Assembly (NCBI RefSeq): GCF_004010195.1
Contig: NC_057754.1
Location: forward strand, 6,913,835 to 6,950,198
Source: Chiloscyllium plagiosum
Lineage: Eukaryota
Direction of reading: 5' to 3'
Length of the DNA stretch: 36,364 nt
In this document: in pieces, positions 23,300 through 34,300 of the stretch
Layout of the letters: each line of letters starts with the position of its first letter
How positions within the stretch are numbered: the stretch's first letter is position 1
Position numbers and translations under genes: made by a program
The notes under the pieces: model-generated
What the model was told of the DNA's origin: nothing
The model's database searches: none
What the model saw: the letters and a program-made list of their open reading frames with translations, nothing else

Positions 23300-23620
23300 C
23301 AAGAAACTGCTACTAATCTACACTAGTCCCACCTCCCTGCACTGCGCCCACAGCCTTGAATGTTATGACTCTTCAAATGTTTCTCCAAGGACTTCTTGAG
23401 AAAGTGAAAGGTTTCCTGCCCGAACTGCCATCCCAGGAAGCACATTCCAGATTCCCACCACTCTCTGGGTGAGACAAGTGTGCTCATATCCCCTCTAAAC
23501 CGCTTGCCTTTCACCATAAAGTCATGCTGCCTTATTAGTGACCCTTTGACTAAGGGGTACAGCCACTTTTTAATTATCCTGTCTATGCCCCTCAATCTCC
23601 TACTCTATCAGGAACCCCCA
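23300..23620 (-). mobile_element. CR1 LINE 3' fragment
   Basis: ORF 23323-23595 reads MRGIDRI...KGKRFRGD. Confidence 0.75.
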
Positions 23621-23789
23621 CCTTCTCTGCTCCCTAGAACACATGAGCTAGGAGTGACCTGATAAGACATTTATGAAATTAGCAATCTTCAAGAAGATTT
23701 GTGGCTCAGGTTGATGACTTGTACGTAAGTTAGCTCACTGAGCTGGAAGGTTTGTTTTCAGACATTTGGTCACCATGGATAGGTGGAAT

Positions 23790-24235
23790 AGCCAAACGAT
23801 TTACAACAATGTTACTGAGATTAGAGGGTTTGAGTTATAAACAGCTAGAAAGACTAGGACTGCTTATCCCCTACAGCACCAGAGACAAAGGAACAACCTC
23901 ATAAAGGTTTATAAAATCATGAAGGGCACAGATAGGGTGAATAAACAAGGTCTTTTTCCAAGGATGGAGTTGTCCAAAACCACAGGGCATAGGTTTAGGG
24001 TGATGGGGAAAGATTTAAAAGGGACCTGAGGGGTAACGTTTTTACGCAGAGGTATGTATATGGAACGTGCTGCCAGATGAAGCTGAGGCTGGTACTTTGA
24101 CAACATTTAAAAGGCACCTGGATGAATGGGAGGGGTTTAAGAGGGATCTGGGAAAACAGAACAAGATCAGATTGGGACGTCAGGTCAGTGCAGAGGAGTT
24201 GCACCAAAGAGTCTGTTTCCGTGCTCTAAGACTCT
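23790..24235 (+). mobile_element. CR1 LINE 3' fragment
   Basis: GTTTATAAAATCATGAAGGGCACAGATAGGGTG...GGGACCTGAGGGGTAAC, and the peptide LTTFKRHLD. Confidence 0.85.
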
Positions 24236-25006
24236 TCATAGCTGCACAGCGCCAACTCAACTCAAAGGGTCAATCAGTTCAATGCACAGGGATTCTTGCC
24301 ATCCTGTTCCCTCACTCCTGGAACACTGGGGAAATGGAGATGGGAATCACTGACAGGAGTGGCCCGAATCAGCGACTTGCTCGCCATCTGAGCCATACCC
24401 CTCGTTGACATACAGCCTCCCACTACTGTGCCAGGCTTTGCAGAGAGAGGCCTGGGGAAGGAAACAGTAGCTCCTCTCTCACAGAGCATCCACAGTAAAA
24501 ATAGCCCCTCTCAAAACGCAGCTGAAGGTCAAAGGGTGAGACAAGTATTACCCAACTCATTTTGCACGATACTGAGAAAGATTGGAGACACACTTCACGG
24601 TTTAATTAACCAAAAATCTAAACCAGCCACTCCACAGTTTGAGCTCAGTCTTGCTGCTAGAACCGAGAATGCTACATAGCCAGCAAACGTCATCCACATC
24701 GATCTGGAGTCTGCCTTTCGTGAAGCACACCGGGACGTTGCCAGTATGCACCACTGAAGCACTTCTTTATTGATAAAGCCCAGATAAGCCGAGGAAAGGT
24801 GCTCAGTTCTTCTTTGGCAGTTAGAGGGCCCTTTTCAGGCTCCTTAAGATAGGAGTCTCAACAGGGGCTTGGCCACTAATATCGGAGACACAGTACAGAC
24901 ACCTGCAAAGACCTTAACTCAAGGAAATGGTGTTAGCAAAAAGAGGAGCTGGGGGAAGGGAAAGGAGACATTCAATCCACCTCATTGTCAGGCAAAACAG
25001 CAGCGG

Positions 25007-25221
25007 GACAGAGAGAGAGGGGGACAGAGAGAGAGGGAGACAGAGAGAGAGGGGGACAGAGAGAGAGAGGGACAGAGAGAGGGTGGGTCAGAGCGAGTGG
25101 AGCAGAGAAGGATAGGGGCAGACAGAGGGGTACAGAGTGAGAGGGGCAGGGAGAGAGGGACAGAGAGAGGGGGCAGAGAGAGGGGGGCAGAGAGAGGGGG
25201 GCAGAGAGAGAGGGGACAGAG
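25007..25221. repeat. Degenerate GA-rich microsatellite
   Basis: (GA)n interrupted by GGGACA and GGGGCA. Confidence 0.9.
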
Positions 25222-25385
25222 AACATAGAACATAGAACATAGAAGAATACAGCGCAGTACAGGCCCTTTGGCCCTCGATGTTGCGCCGATCCAAGCCCAC
25301 CTAACCTATACTAACCCACTATCCTCCATATACCTATCCAATGCCCGCCTAAATGCCCATAAAGAGGGAGAGTCCACCACTGCTA
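25222..25385 (-). mobile_element. CR1 3' terminus with (TTCTATG)n tail
   Basis: AACATAGAACATAGAACATAGAA followed by CAGTACAGGCCCTTTGGCCC. Confidence 0.8.
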
Positions 25386-25751
25386 ACCTTACAGCCTGTT
25401 TTATACTGTATTTCAATGTCCTTCCTACCGAAGTGCATCACCTCACACTGCTCTGCATTAATCCTCATCTGCCATAAACCTGAAAACTACACCAATGTGT
25501 CACTGTCCTGTTGGAGTTCCACACTGTCCATCACAAACATTATAATTCTTCCAGGTTTAGTATCTGCATATTTTGAAATTGTCCTACAGTCACACACCAC
25601 ACAGAAATACCGATTCACTCACTATTGTGAGGAAGTGCACTATTCACACACTCCCTGAGGACAGACTTAAATACTGACACCCACCAGACAAAGCAAGTGA
25701 AATGCTGACAAGGTCACCCTGGAGCAAGAGAAATACCGACAGACATTCCAA

Positions 25752-25898
25752 CAGAGAGAGAGAGAGAGACACACAGAGAGAGAGAGGGACACAGAGAGAG
25801 AGAGAGACACACACAGAGAGAGAGAGACACACAGAGAGGGAGAGAGACACACAGAGAGGGAGAGAGAGACAGACACACACGCAGAGACACACACACAC
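25752..25898. repeat. Mixed (GA)n/(CA)n microsatellite
   Basis: Directly visible in the sequence. Confidence 0.9.
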
Positions 25899-26984
25899 TA
25901 ACAAAATTCACTAAGCATCATTCTGCCTTGTCCAAATCTGCTTAAACAATTGCTTTGTGTCTAATGTCTCCTTGAATAACCTTCAGGAGAAGCAGCATAG
26001 CGAGAAAGGGAGGACAGTATCTGTAGATTTTGTTTCACGGTCTGTCACCCCAGATTGATGACAAATCATCGTGTGTGGATTTACTGTGGACTGGGCTGTG
26101 TAATGTTGCAGAGAAGGATGCGAAATCACTTATTCTAATCAGATGGTGATTGCTGATCAGACAGCATCTGAGTCAGCAGGCTAGACTGGGATGAGACGGA
26201 GCACAGGCCAACTTGTGCTGAGGCAAGGCAACAGAACTTTGCAGGCCTCTTGCTTCAACAGCACGTCGCTTATGGCACAGGAGGAGGCCATTCAGCCCTT
26301 AAAGCCTACACTGCCATTCAAAGAGCCCACAGCTTCTCTGTACTGTAACTGCCCACTGTGGCTCATTAACCCTGAACAAACAGCCAGTGGAAACTCAAAT
26401 GGATCTTATGTCAAAGAAATGATAAAGGGAACTAGTATTGCACTTAATGAGGGATAGTGTGCCATAGTCTGAGCACTGCTTGGTGCATGTGATGATGGAG
26501 GTCTGTGGGCACCTTACACACAGACTGAAACGACATGTAATTGCAACAAGCAGAGGGTGGGTGATGTACTCCAAGAGGGATGGGTGTGCAGTTCCAAGGC
26601 TGACCCTGTGACCTTGTTGATTAGTGGGAGAGGGCATATGATTACAGGGCTATATTTGGAAGACAACCCTCAGGGGGTTAGAGCCAAGACACCTCGCAGA
26701 TCTAAAACAGCTCGGGAAAACTGCCTGAGAGAGACTGTATGAAACCAGAGTTAGCCACAGGCAAATCAGTGCTCTGTTACTCTGTGAAAAGGCATCCTCA
26801 TTCCAATCTAATATCCTCACCTCTCACCTTATCCATGGGGAGACACATTCACCCATGTCTTGTGTAAATCAAAGGCTTTTGGAAACAAATCAGATGGTTA
26901 CCGTAAAGGATCAAAGCCCAGCCCCCAACAGTTCTGGACCCTAGTAGTACACACCATGTTAGCCGTGTCCACACCAGTATTTTT

Positions 26985-27690
26985 TTTTTACTCACTCACG
27001 GGACCTCGGCATTGCTGGCTGGCCAGTATTTACTGCCCATCCCTAGCTTCCTTTAAAGGAGGTGGTGATAAGCTGCCTTCTTGAACCATTGCAGTCAATG
27101 TGCTGGAGGTACACCCACAGTGTCCTGAGGATTTTGACCCAGTGACACTGATGGAATATATATTTCCAAATCAGAATGGTGTGGAGCGTGGGAAGGAATT
27201 TGCAGGAGAGTGGTGTTCCCATGTATCTGCTGCTCTTGTCCTTCTTGATGGAAGTGGCCAAGAGCTTGGAAGATGCTATTTAAGGAACCCTGGTGAATTT
27301 CTACAGTGCGTCTTGCAGATAGTTACAGAATGTTAGTGGTGGAGGGAATAGCTGTTTGGGGATGTGGCGCCAATCAGTTGGGGCTGCTTTGCCCTGGATG
27401 GTGCTGAGCCTCTCGAGTGTTGTTGGGGCTGAACCCACCCAGGTAAGTGGGGAACATTCCCTCACACGCCTGCCCTGTGCCTGATGCAGATCAGTTTTGG
27501 GGAGACAGGAAGGGAGTTATCCACCGCAATATCCCTAGCCTCTGACCTGCTCTTGTAGCTGTTGTGTTTATGTGGCAAATCCACTTCTGTTTCTGGTCAA
27601 TGGTAACCCCTTGAACATCAAGGGGTGGCGGTTAGATTGCATTTTATTGGAGATGGCCATTGCCTGGCATTTGAGTGGCACAAATTTAAT
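26985..27690 (-). mobile_element. Non-LTR retrotransposon 3' fragment, same family as 9960-10545
   Basis: Shares GGCTGGCCA..ATTT..TGCC.ATCCC and CCCTAGCCTCTGACCTGCTC with 9960-10545. Confidence 0.72.
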
Positions 27691-28384
27691 CGCCAGTGTA
27701 ATACACAGACAGCCCTGTCACCATCAGTGCTGTACACCGATGTGACATAAGTGACAGGCCTGTTACCCAAAAGGAGGAGAAGTATTCTTCACCCCAATTC
27801 TTCTGTGACTTACGGTGGCATCATTGCTTATGTTCGTGGTAACTCAAGGTCCCTGAATGCAGGTTCCACTGCACATTGCTCGTGTCTAGGCCCCAGTTTC
27901 TATGTCTCATTACTTGGCACTACTGTGTCTGTGCAGAGGTCCCACTGACATATATCAGGCCCATAATACGCAACGTTCTCCAGCCTTTACTCATTGCCCT
28001 CTTCCCATCCCCCAATCTCAATGCTATAGCACCCACATTCATCCATCGCCTCCAAAATCCATCACCCAACCAGCTCTGCCCTCCCATCCAGCTTCAGAAT
28101 TTATACTCAATGTCTGTTTCACCTCGCTTCCCCTGTCACCATACCTATCACACTTCCCCACAGTGAGTATTACTCCTTCACCTGTACCAACAGGGGTGTC
28201 ACCGCTTTCCCCCCAGTACCCCCTTCTATTGGGCCAGTTACCCCTCACAATAGCGACATCGCCACATGCAGATCCACATGGCCCAGTACCAGGTCCCCTG
28301 TCAGTGTGCTTCCTCACCTTCAGACTATTCTATCGTCTGCAGACCCCTCTAGCCTCAGCTCTCGCTCGTTATCCTGTTTTACCC

Positions 28385-28462
28385 CTCACCTTGAAGGTCA
28401 GTCTCATGGTAGTACTGTTGTCTGCAAACCACGCCTCTCGCTCCCCCATATCCCACAAGGTG
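28385..28462 (-). pseudogene. Degenerate copy of the 3' end of PYG exon 1 (pseudo-exon) with splice donor
   Basis: Minus strand CAC CTT GTG GGA ... TGG TTT GC AGA CAA CAG TAC TAC CAT GAG ACT GAC CTTC AAG|GTGAG, compared with the real exon CAC CTG GTC GGC CGC TGG ATC CGC ACA CAG CAG TAC TAC TAT GAG AAA GAC CCC AAG|GTCAG. Confidence 0.55.
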
Positions 28463-28865
28463 GGGTCCTTTTTTTTTTTTAAGGAGTTATGTCATCAGGG
28501 TGTTCCAAAACACATCAGTGCTCCTCTTCCCATCCCTGCCTTGTGTCCCCTCACCACGGAGTCATAGAGACATGCAGCACAGAATCAGTCCTTTCGGTCT
28601 AACTCCAACAGGATCGAATGCAGTATTCCAAAAGTCCTTCTCGTAATGGGGCTGCTTAGTGCATATCTACACGGTATCTTTCCTCCACATCCCCAACCTC
28701 CTCTGTATGACTCCTCCACTCTCCATATCCCCACCTCCTCCATATACCCCCCTCTTCCAAAGCCCTCCATGTCCCCTCATGCCACCCAGATTGCCTCACA
28801 ACCCCCCCCCCTATCCCCCTCACACCACCTTCATTCCCCCATGTCCCCTCACTCCGCATCCCCGG

Positions 28866-29189
28866 ATCCCCTGACACGAGGATCTGTTGTGCCCACACCC
28901 CCAGACACCAGGATCTGTTAGTGCCCGCACCTTCGACACGAGGATCTGTTAGTGCCCACATCCCCTGACACAAGGATCTGTTAGTGCCCGCACCCCCAGA
29001 CATGAGGCTCTGTTAGTGCCCACACCCCATGTCACGAGGGATCTATTAGTGCCCGCACCCCCCCGACACGAGGGATCTGTTACTGTCCACATCCCCTGAC
29101 ATGAGGAATCTGTTAGTGCCCACACACCCTGACACGAGGGATCAGTTAGTGCCCACACCCCCTGACACAAGGATCTGTTAGTGCCCACA
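28866..29189. repeat. ~30-32-bp minisatellite running into a gap
   Basis: Unit approximately GGATCTGTTAGTGCCCACACCCCTGACACGA, about 10 visible copies. Confidence 0.93.
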
Positions 29190-29591
29190 NNNNNNNNNNN
29201 NNNNNNNNNNNNNNNNNNNNNNNNNNNNNNNNNNNNNNNNNNNNNNNNNNNNNNNNNNNNNNNNNNNNNNNNNNNNNNNNNNNNNNNNNNNNNNNNNNNN
29301 NNNNNNNNNNNNNNNNNNNNNNNNNNNNNNNNNNNNNNNNNNNNNNNNNNNNNNNNNNNNNNNNNNNNNNNNNNNNNNNNNNNNNNNNNNNNNNNNNNNN
29401 NNNNNNNNNNNNNNNNNNNNNNNNNNNNNNNNNNNNNNNNNNNNNNNNNNNNNNNNNNNNNNNNNNNNNNNNNNNNNNNNNNNNNNNNNNNNNNNNNNNN
29501 NNNNNNNNNNNNNNNNNNNNNNNNNNNNNNNNNNNNNNNNNNNNNNNNNNNNNNNNNNNNNNNNNNNNNNNNNNNNNNNNNNNNNNNNNNN
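29190..29591. other. Assembly gap (402 N)
   Basis: Run of N beginning 24 nt past the exon 1 donor boundary. Confidence 0.99.
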
Positions 29592-29981
<390 letters not shown>

Positions 29982-29989
29982 TCAACCGT

Positions 29990-30690
29990 CCGCCTCATCC
30001 ATATGTAGATACCGCTCATCCATATGTAGATACCGCTCATCCATATGCATGAGCCCCGCCCCGCCCTATTAAAGCGAACGGTTTTATTCACAAAGCCCCG
30101 CCCCACCCTCATCTACATATCACCGCCCCTCGTTTACATATCCCCGCCCATTCCACCCAGATTAAAGCCATCGCGTTTATTTATACAGCCCCGCCCATAT
30201 GCCCCAGGTTAAAGTCGCCGCTTTTATATAGCCCCGCCTCTCGTTTGCTGTTATTTATATAGCCCCGCCTCTCGTTTTACATATCACCACCCCTAGTTTT
30301 ACATAGCCCCGCCCATCTCCCCCAGATTATCGCCATTGCGGTTCATTATATAGCCCCGCCCCTAGTTTACATAGCCCCGCCCATTTCCCCCCATGATTAT
30401 CGCCATTGCGGTTATTTATAGAGCCCCGCCTCTCGTTTTACATAGCCCCGCCCATATCCCAGTTTAAGGGCTCTGCTGTTATTTATATAGCCCCGCCCAT
30501 ATCCTCAGAGTAAAGCCATTGCGGTTGTTTATATATAGCCCCGCCCCTAGTTTTACATATCCCCGCCCATTCCCCCAGAATAAACCTATTGCGGTTATTT
30601 ATACAACCCCCGCCCCCCATGTTACATAACCCCGCCCCTCGTTTCACAAAGCCCCGCCCACACTTGGCCCCCTTTATTCCCATGGCTATA
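29990..30690 (-). promoter_or_regulatory. Putative proximal promoter of the PYG gene: tandem GC-box/AT-rich array
   Basis: Lies directly upstream of the CpG-rich exon 1. About 18 CCCCGCC boxes in ~68-70-bp repeats, with MEF2-consensus matches TTATTTATAG (30412-30421) and TTATATATAG (30529-30538). Confidence 0.65.
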
Positions 30691-31046
30691 AAAATCCCAC
30701 AAGGTAAAACCAGTGACTGCAGATCCTGGAAACCAGATTCTGGATTAGTGGTTCAGGCAGCACTAATCCAGAATGAAAATCCCACAACACCAGGTTTTTG
30801 GTGATGTTACCTAGCCAGGAAATGAAACTTTTGGATGTCAAACCTACAGCTCAGCGGGCAAACCTACACCCTAAACCTTGGATACATGTCACACCACAGG
30901 TGGCCCCACTGCACTACACACCCTCCCTCTCACACACTCCTACAGACCGTCTCTCACTTACAAGCTCCCTGTCATATGCTCACACATGCCCCCTCTGACA
31001 GACTTATAGCCCATTACACTCACACCCCAACACAGACACAAGTCTG

Positions 31047-31310
31047 ATTAGATTTCCTACAGTATGGAAACCCTCCAAAGAGTAACCAACCCAGACCTTC
31101 CCCCCCCTATATTTACCCCTGACTAATGCACCTAACAGTATGGGCAATTTAGTCTGGCCAATTCACCTTGACCTGCACATCTTTTGGGTTGTGGGAGGGA
31201 ACCAGAGCACCCAGAGGAAATCCGTACAGACCGTCACCCGAGGTGGGAATCGAACCCGAATCCCTAGAATTGTGAGGCAGCAATGCTAACCACTGAGCCG
31301 CCGTGCTGTC
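31047..31310 (-). mobile_element. HE1-type SINE
   Basis: Minus strand GCACGGCGGCTCAGTGGTTAGC...GGGTTCGATTCCC. Flanked by CAAGTCTG and CAAGTTTG (possible TSD). Confidence 0.85.
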
Positions 31311-31669
31311 CAAGTTTGTAGGGTGGATTTGTACTTGTATTATATAAATACTTGAATTATATTTTAATTTGCTCAAAACCCGCATGAGTCCATGTAAGAT
31401 TCTGTAAATCCCTTTTTTAGAAATAGAATCAGTCTGAACATTGGGGCACAAACAGCCTCACACAGGGCACCTCACACCTTCAATGCATTATCTGAGACAA
31501 CATGGCACCTATTGTTAAAGTTCACTTTAGAATGTAACTTTAGTCATTCTAAAAGATGACAGACTTAACAAACAATCTCCAGGTCTTTTTCAATATATAT
31601 AATTTCACTTGCATCACACTGTAAACTTTTGCTATAAATTCTGTGTCTTACGATCTTATACTCAACCGC

Positions 31670-31704
31670 CACCTGATGAAGGAGCAGCGCTCCGAAAACT
31701 AGTG
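31670..31704 (+). ncRNA. Minimal type I hammerhead ribozyme motif
   Basis: CAC CTGATGA A GGAGC AGC GCTCC GAAA ACTA GTG. Stems I and II are perfect; the stem III palindrome is altered. Confidence 0.68.
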
Positions 31705-31778
31705 CTTCCAAATAAACCTTGAACTATAACCTGGCGCTGTGTGATTTTTAACTCGTAGGTTATAGTCCAACAGGTTTA

Positions 31779-31916
31779 CAGAGGAACCTCGATTATCCGA
31801 AAGACAGGTGGGGAATACTTGGTTTGGATAATTGAATATTCGGATAATCGAATGCTGGATAACATAGTTTAGCCGAGCATGGGGACCTTGCGATCTTGTT
31901 TGGATAATCCGAAATT
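31779..31916. mobile_element. Pogo/Tigger-type DNA transposon (MITE) end, truncated
   Basis: TA followed by CAGAGGAACCTCGATTATCCGA, which resembles a Tigger TIR. Internal GGATAA(T) subrepeats. No second TIR was seen. Confidence 0.62.
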
Positions 31917-31917
31917 T

Positions 31918-32091
31918 GTGCCCCTTAGGTCCCTTTTCAATCTTTCGCCTCTCACCCTAAACCTATGCCTCTGTAGTTCTGGACTCCCCCACCCTGGGGG
32001 AAAGGGCCTTGTCTATTGACCATATCCATACCCCTCATGATTTTATATACCTCTATAAGGTCACCCCTCAGCCTCCGACGCTCCAGGGAAA
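31918..32091 (-). mobile_element. CR1 LINE fragment
   Basis: AGGTCACCCCTCAGCCTCCGACGCTCCAGGGAAA, which is SLERRRLRGDL on the minus strand. Confidence 0.85.
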
Positions 32092-32096
32092 GGATT

Positions 32097-32478
32097 AAAC
32101 TGCAGATACTGGAATCCAAAGTAGACAAGCAGGAGGCTGGAGGAACACAGCGAGCCGGGCAGCATCAGGGGGTGCAGAAGTCAACATTTTGGATATAACC
32201 CTCCTCCAGGACTGGCGGTGGGGTAAGGGGAGCTGCAGATAAAGGGGGGATGTGGTAATGGGTGGGCTTCGCCACATCCTGATGCTGGTTCGAAAAATGC
32301 AAAGAAGACCTTATGCTCGAAACATCAACTCTACCCCTCCTCTGATGCTGCAGAACCAACTGTGCCTTTCCAGCATCACACTTGTCAACTCTGAATAGTG
32401 CGTCTGCAGTCCTCACTTTCTCCCACCTCCAGATGCTGCCTGTCTTGCTGTGTCCTTCCAGCCTCCTGCTTGTCCACA
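32097..32478. mobile_element. Composite of Penelope-like fragments in inverted arrangement
   Basis: ~32121-32166 is the reverse complement of ~32432-32477. Degraded hammerhead-like remnants at ~32180-32211 (-) and ~32302-32330 (+). Confidence 0.6.
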
Positions 32479-33004
32479 TTAGGGATAAGTGGACAGGACA
32501 GGGTGCTTTATTTCCCCCTCCAACTCCATGCTGATTTAGTCCCAACCCTCCCCTTTATTTTTTCACATAGACATTGCTCTGGGCTCTGCTTGTCACTGGT
32601 TCATTGGCCACATGGGTGTCTTTAGTAACCATCAGTAATGAGGTGAATGTAAGTTTGTGGCAATATAAAGCAGTTCTTCAGCAGTTACAGGTTGCCGCAC
32701 TCCAGCCTAAACTAGTCACCCCTTTGAACTGAAAGCTAGTCGAGAGTCATGTTTTGGTGCAATGGTGCAACGCTTTAAAATCAAACGACCTCCTATTTAA
32801 CAAAATGGGAATTGGTGGATGACCCTATGGCTTTAGGCTATCAAGGAAATTAAGTTGTAATTTTTCTTTGCTTTTGTAGGATTGTTGCAAGTCTTGTATA
32901 ACTCTTTTACACCAAGCTGTGAACTGGAAACTCGTGCTGTCCGACATGTGTGGTCAAAGGATTGATAAATGTCAACGACTCAAGTTGCAAAAAAAGACCT
33001 TGTC

Positions 33005-33340
33005 CGTCTTCACCCGCGAGGCACGACGGGATTTGTAGTCCGCTCCAGTTTCCACTCGTCATCAACCGTCGCTTCTCGCAACAGAGATGGACTACAACTC
33101 CCGACATGCTCCTGCGCGTTTCGCCGCTGGGGGGTCCTGCTTGCGCAAGGCACGCCGGGACTTGTAGTCCGTTCTCCCCCAGTTCGCCCGCCCCACTCTT
33201 TACAGTTTCCCAGCGAGAGGACTACACTTCCCGACGGGCCCTCCGCCACAGAGCCTTAATTGACAGGCGAGTCCAGACCCGGGGAGGAACGTGCCCAGTC
33301 TCGCCTTCTCCTCCCTCCTGGGCTGCAACTCAAGCCGAGG
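33005..33340. promoter_or_regulatory. CpG-rich promoter-like element with four ACTACAnnTCCC motifs
   Basis: Motifs at 33021-33041 (-), 33089-33109 (+), 33150-33170 (-) and 33219-33239 (+), plus a GC box at ~33187 and TTGCGCAA at 33141-33148. Confidence 0.7.
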
Positions 33341-34300
33341 GATGACTGCATTAAGGCACTGAGCTATTTAAAGACCCTCTCCGTTCCCATTAAACAGCCC
33401 CAAATGTCACAGGTTCACAATGTCTGAAGATATCCTTTGCGAAATACAAAATACATCAGCCTGCACATCTGAGCTAGAGAGAGAGAGAGAGGAAAGAAAT
33501 GCAATGGGAAAAATAAACCTTTGCAAATGCAAATAATTGCCTTCCCCCAAATGGATATTTAGAGGATATTTATTCATTCCAGAGGGCTTCACTTTGTTGG
33601 CATTTATTGCGTCTTCAGTTACACTGGTTCTTGAACCACTGCAGTCCATACGATGTTCCAGACTTGTTAAAGGAAGGAGTTTGAGGATTTTGACCCGGCA
33701 ACAGTGAGAGGAGTGGACGATAGAGTGCCACCCTTGCATTCGCACAGGTCCCCATTTCAGTCCCTGGCTGAAACTTGTTTGGGGGGGGGGGGCAATAATG
33801 ATTGGCACCAGGGCAGCTTCCCCAGTCCTACCACTCGTTGCAATAATGCCAGAGGGGAATTCTTGAACTTGCATGACAGCAGGAGGGGATGGGTGGTTGG
33901 ATTGCAGCTGTCAGCTGGGGGCTGGGGCAAGGACCCCGCACCTTTATATAACCGGGTGCATCTCAAAGTGTTCTGCTGACAAGTGGCTCCTTGAAGACGG
34001 AGTTGTCACTGATCAATGCAGGAAGACTTACGAGCTGGAGATATCTTGTGTGACAGCGACGATCAAATCACCGGTTTATTTCTGGCTCCTCGGAGGACTG
34101 GTCAGGGGAAAAATACTCTTAGAGTCATGGAGATGTACAGACCCTTCGGTCCAACTCGTCCATGCCAACCACATATCCTAAATCAATCTGGTCCCATTTG
34201 CCAGCACTTGGCCCATATCCCCCCAAACCCTTCCTATTCATGTCCCCATCCAGATGCCTTTTCAATGTTGTCGTTGGACCAGCCTCCACCACCTCCTCTA

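Larger units (their letters stand above)
30905..31755 (+). mobile_element. Penelope-like element 3' fragment, interrupted by a SINE
   Basis: Inverted homologue of 22590-23105, followed by a short inverted copy of its own end (~31757-31777). Confidence 0.65.

Noticed and set aside
27606..27626. Short hairpins (ACCCCTTGA/TCAAGGGGT; also 6731-6749)
   Set aside because: Stems of 8-9 bp are expected by chance in 36 kb.
27902..28567. 221-aa + strand ORF
   Set aside because: Pro/Ser/Leu-biased translation of C-rich intron sequence with no recognisable motif.
32685..32708. hAT-like terminal inverted repeat (minus strand CTGGAGTGCGGCAACCTG)
   Set aside because: Only loose similarity, with no partner TIR or 8-bp TSD found.
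34025..34115. Minus-strand exon-like segment with an AG acceptor and GTAAGT donor
   Set aside because: Stops in all three frames and nothing links it to a transcript. A non-coding exon cannot be excluded.
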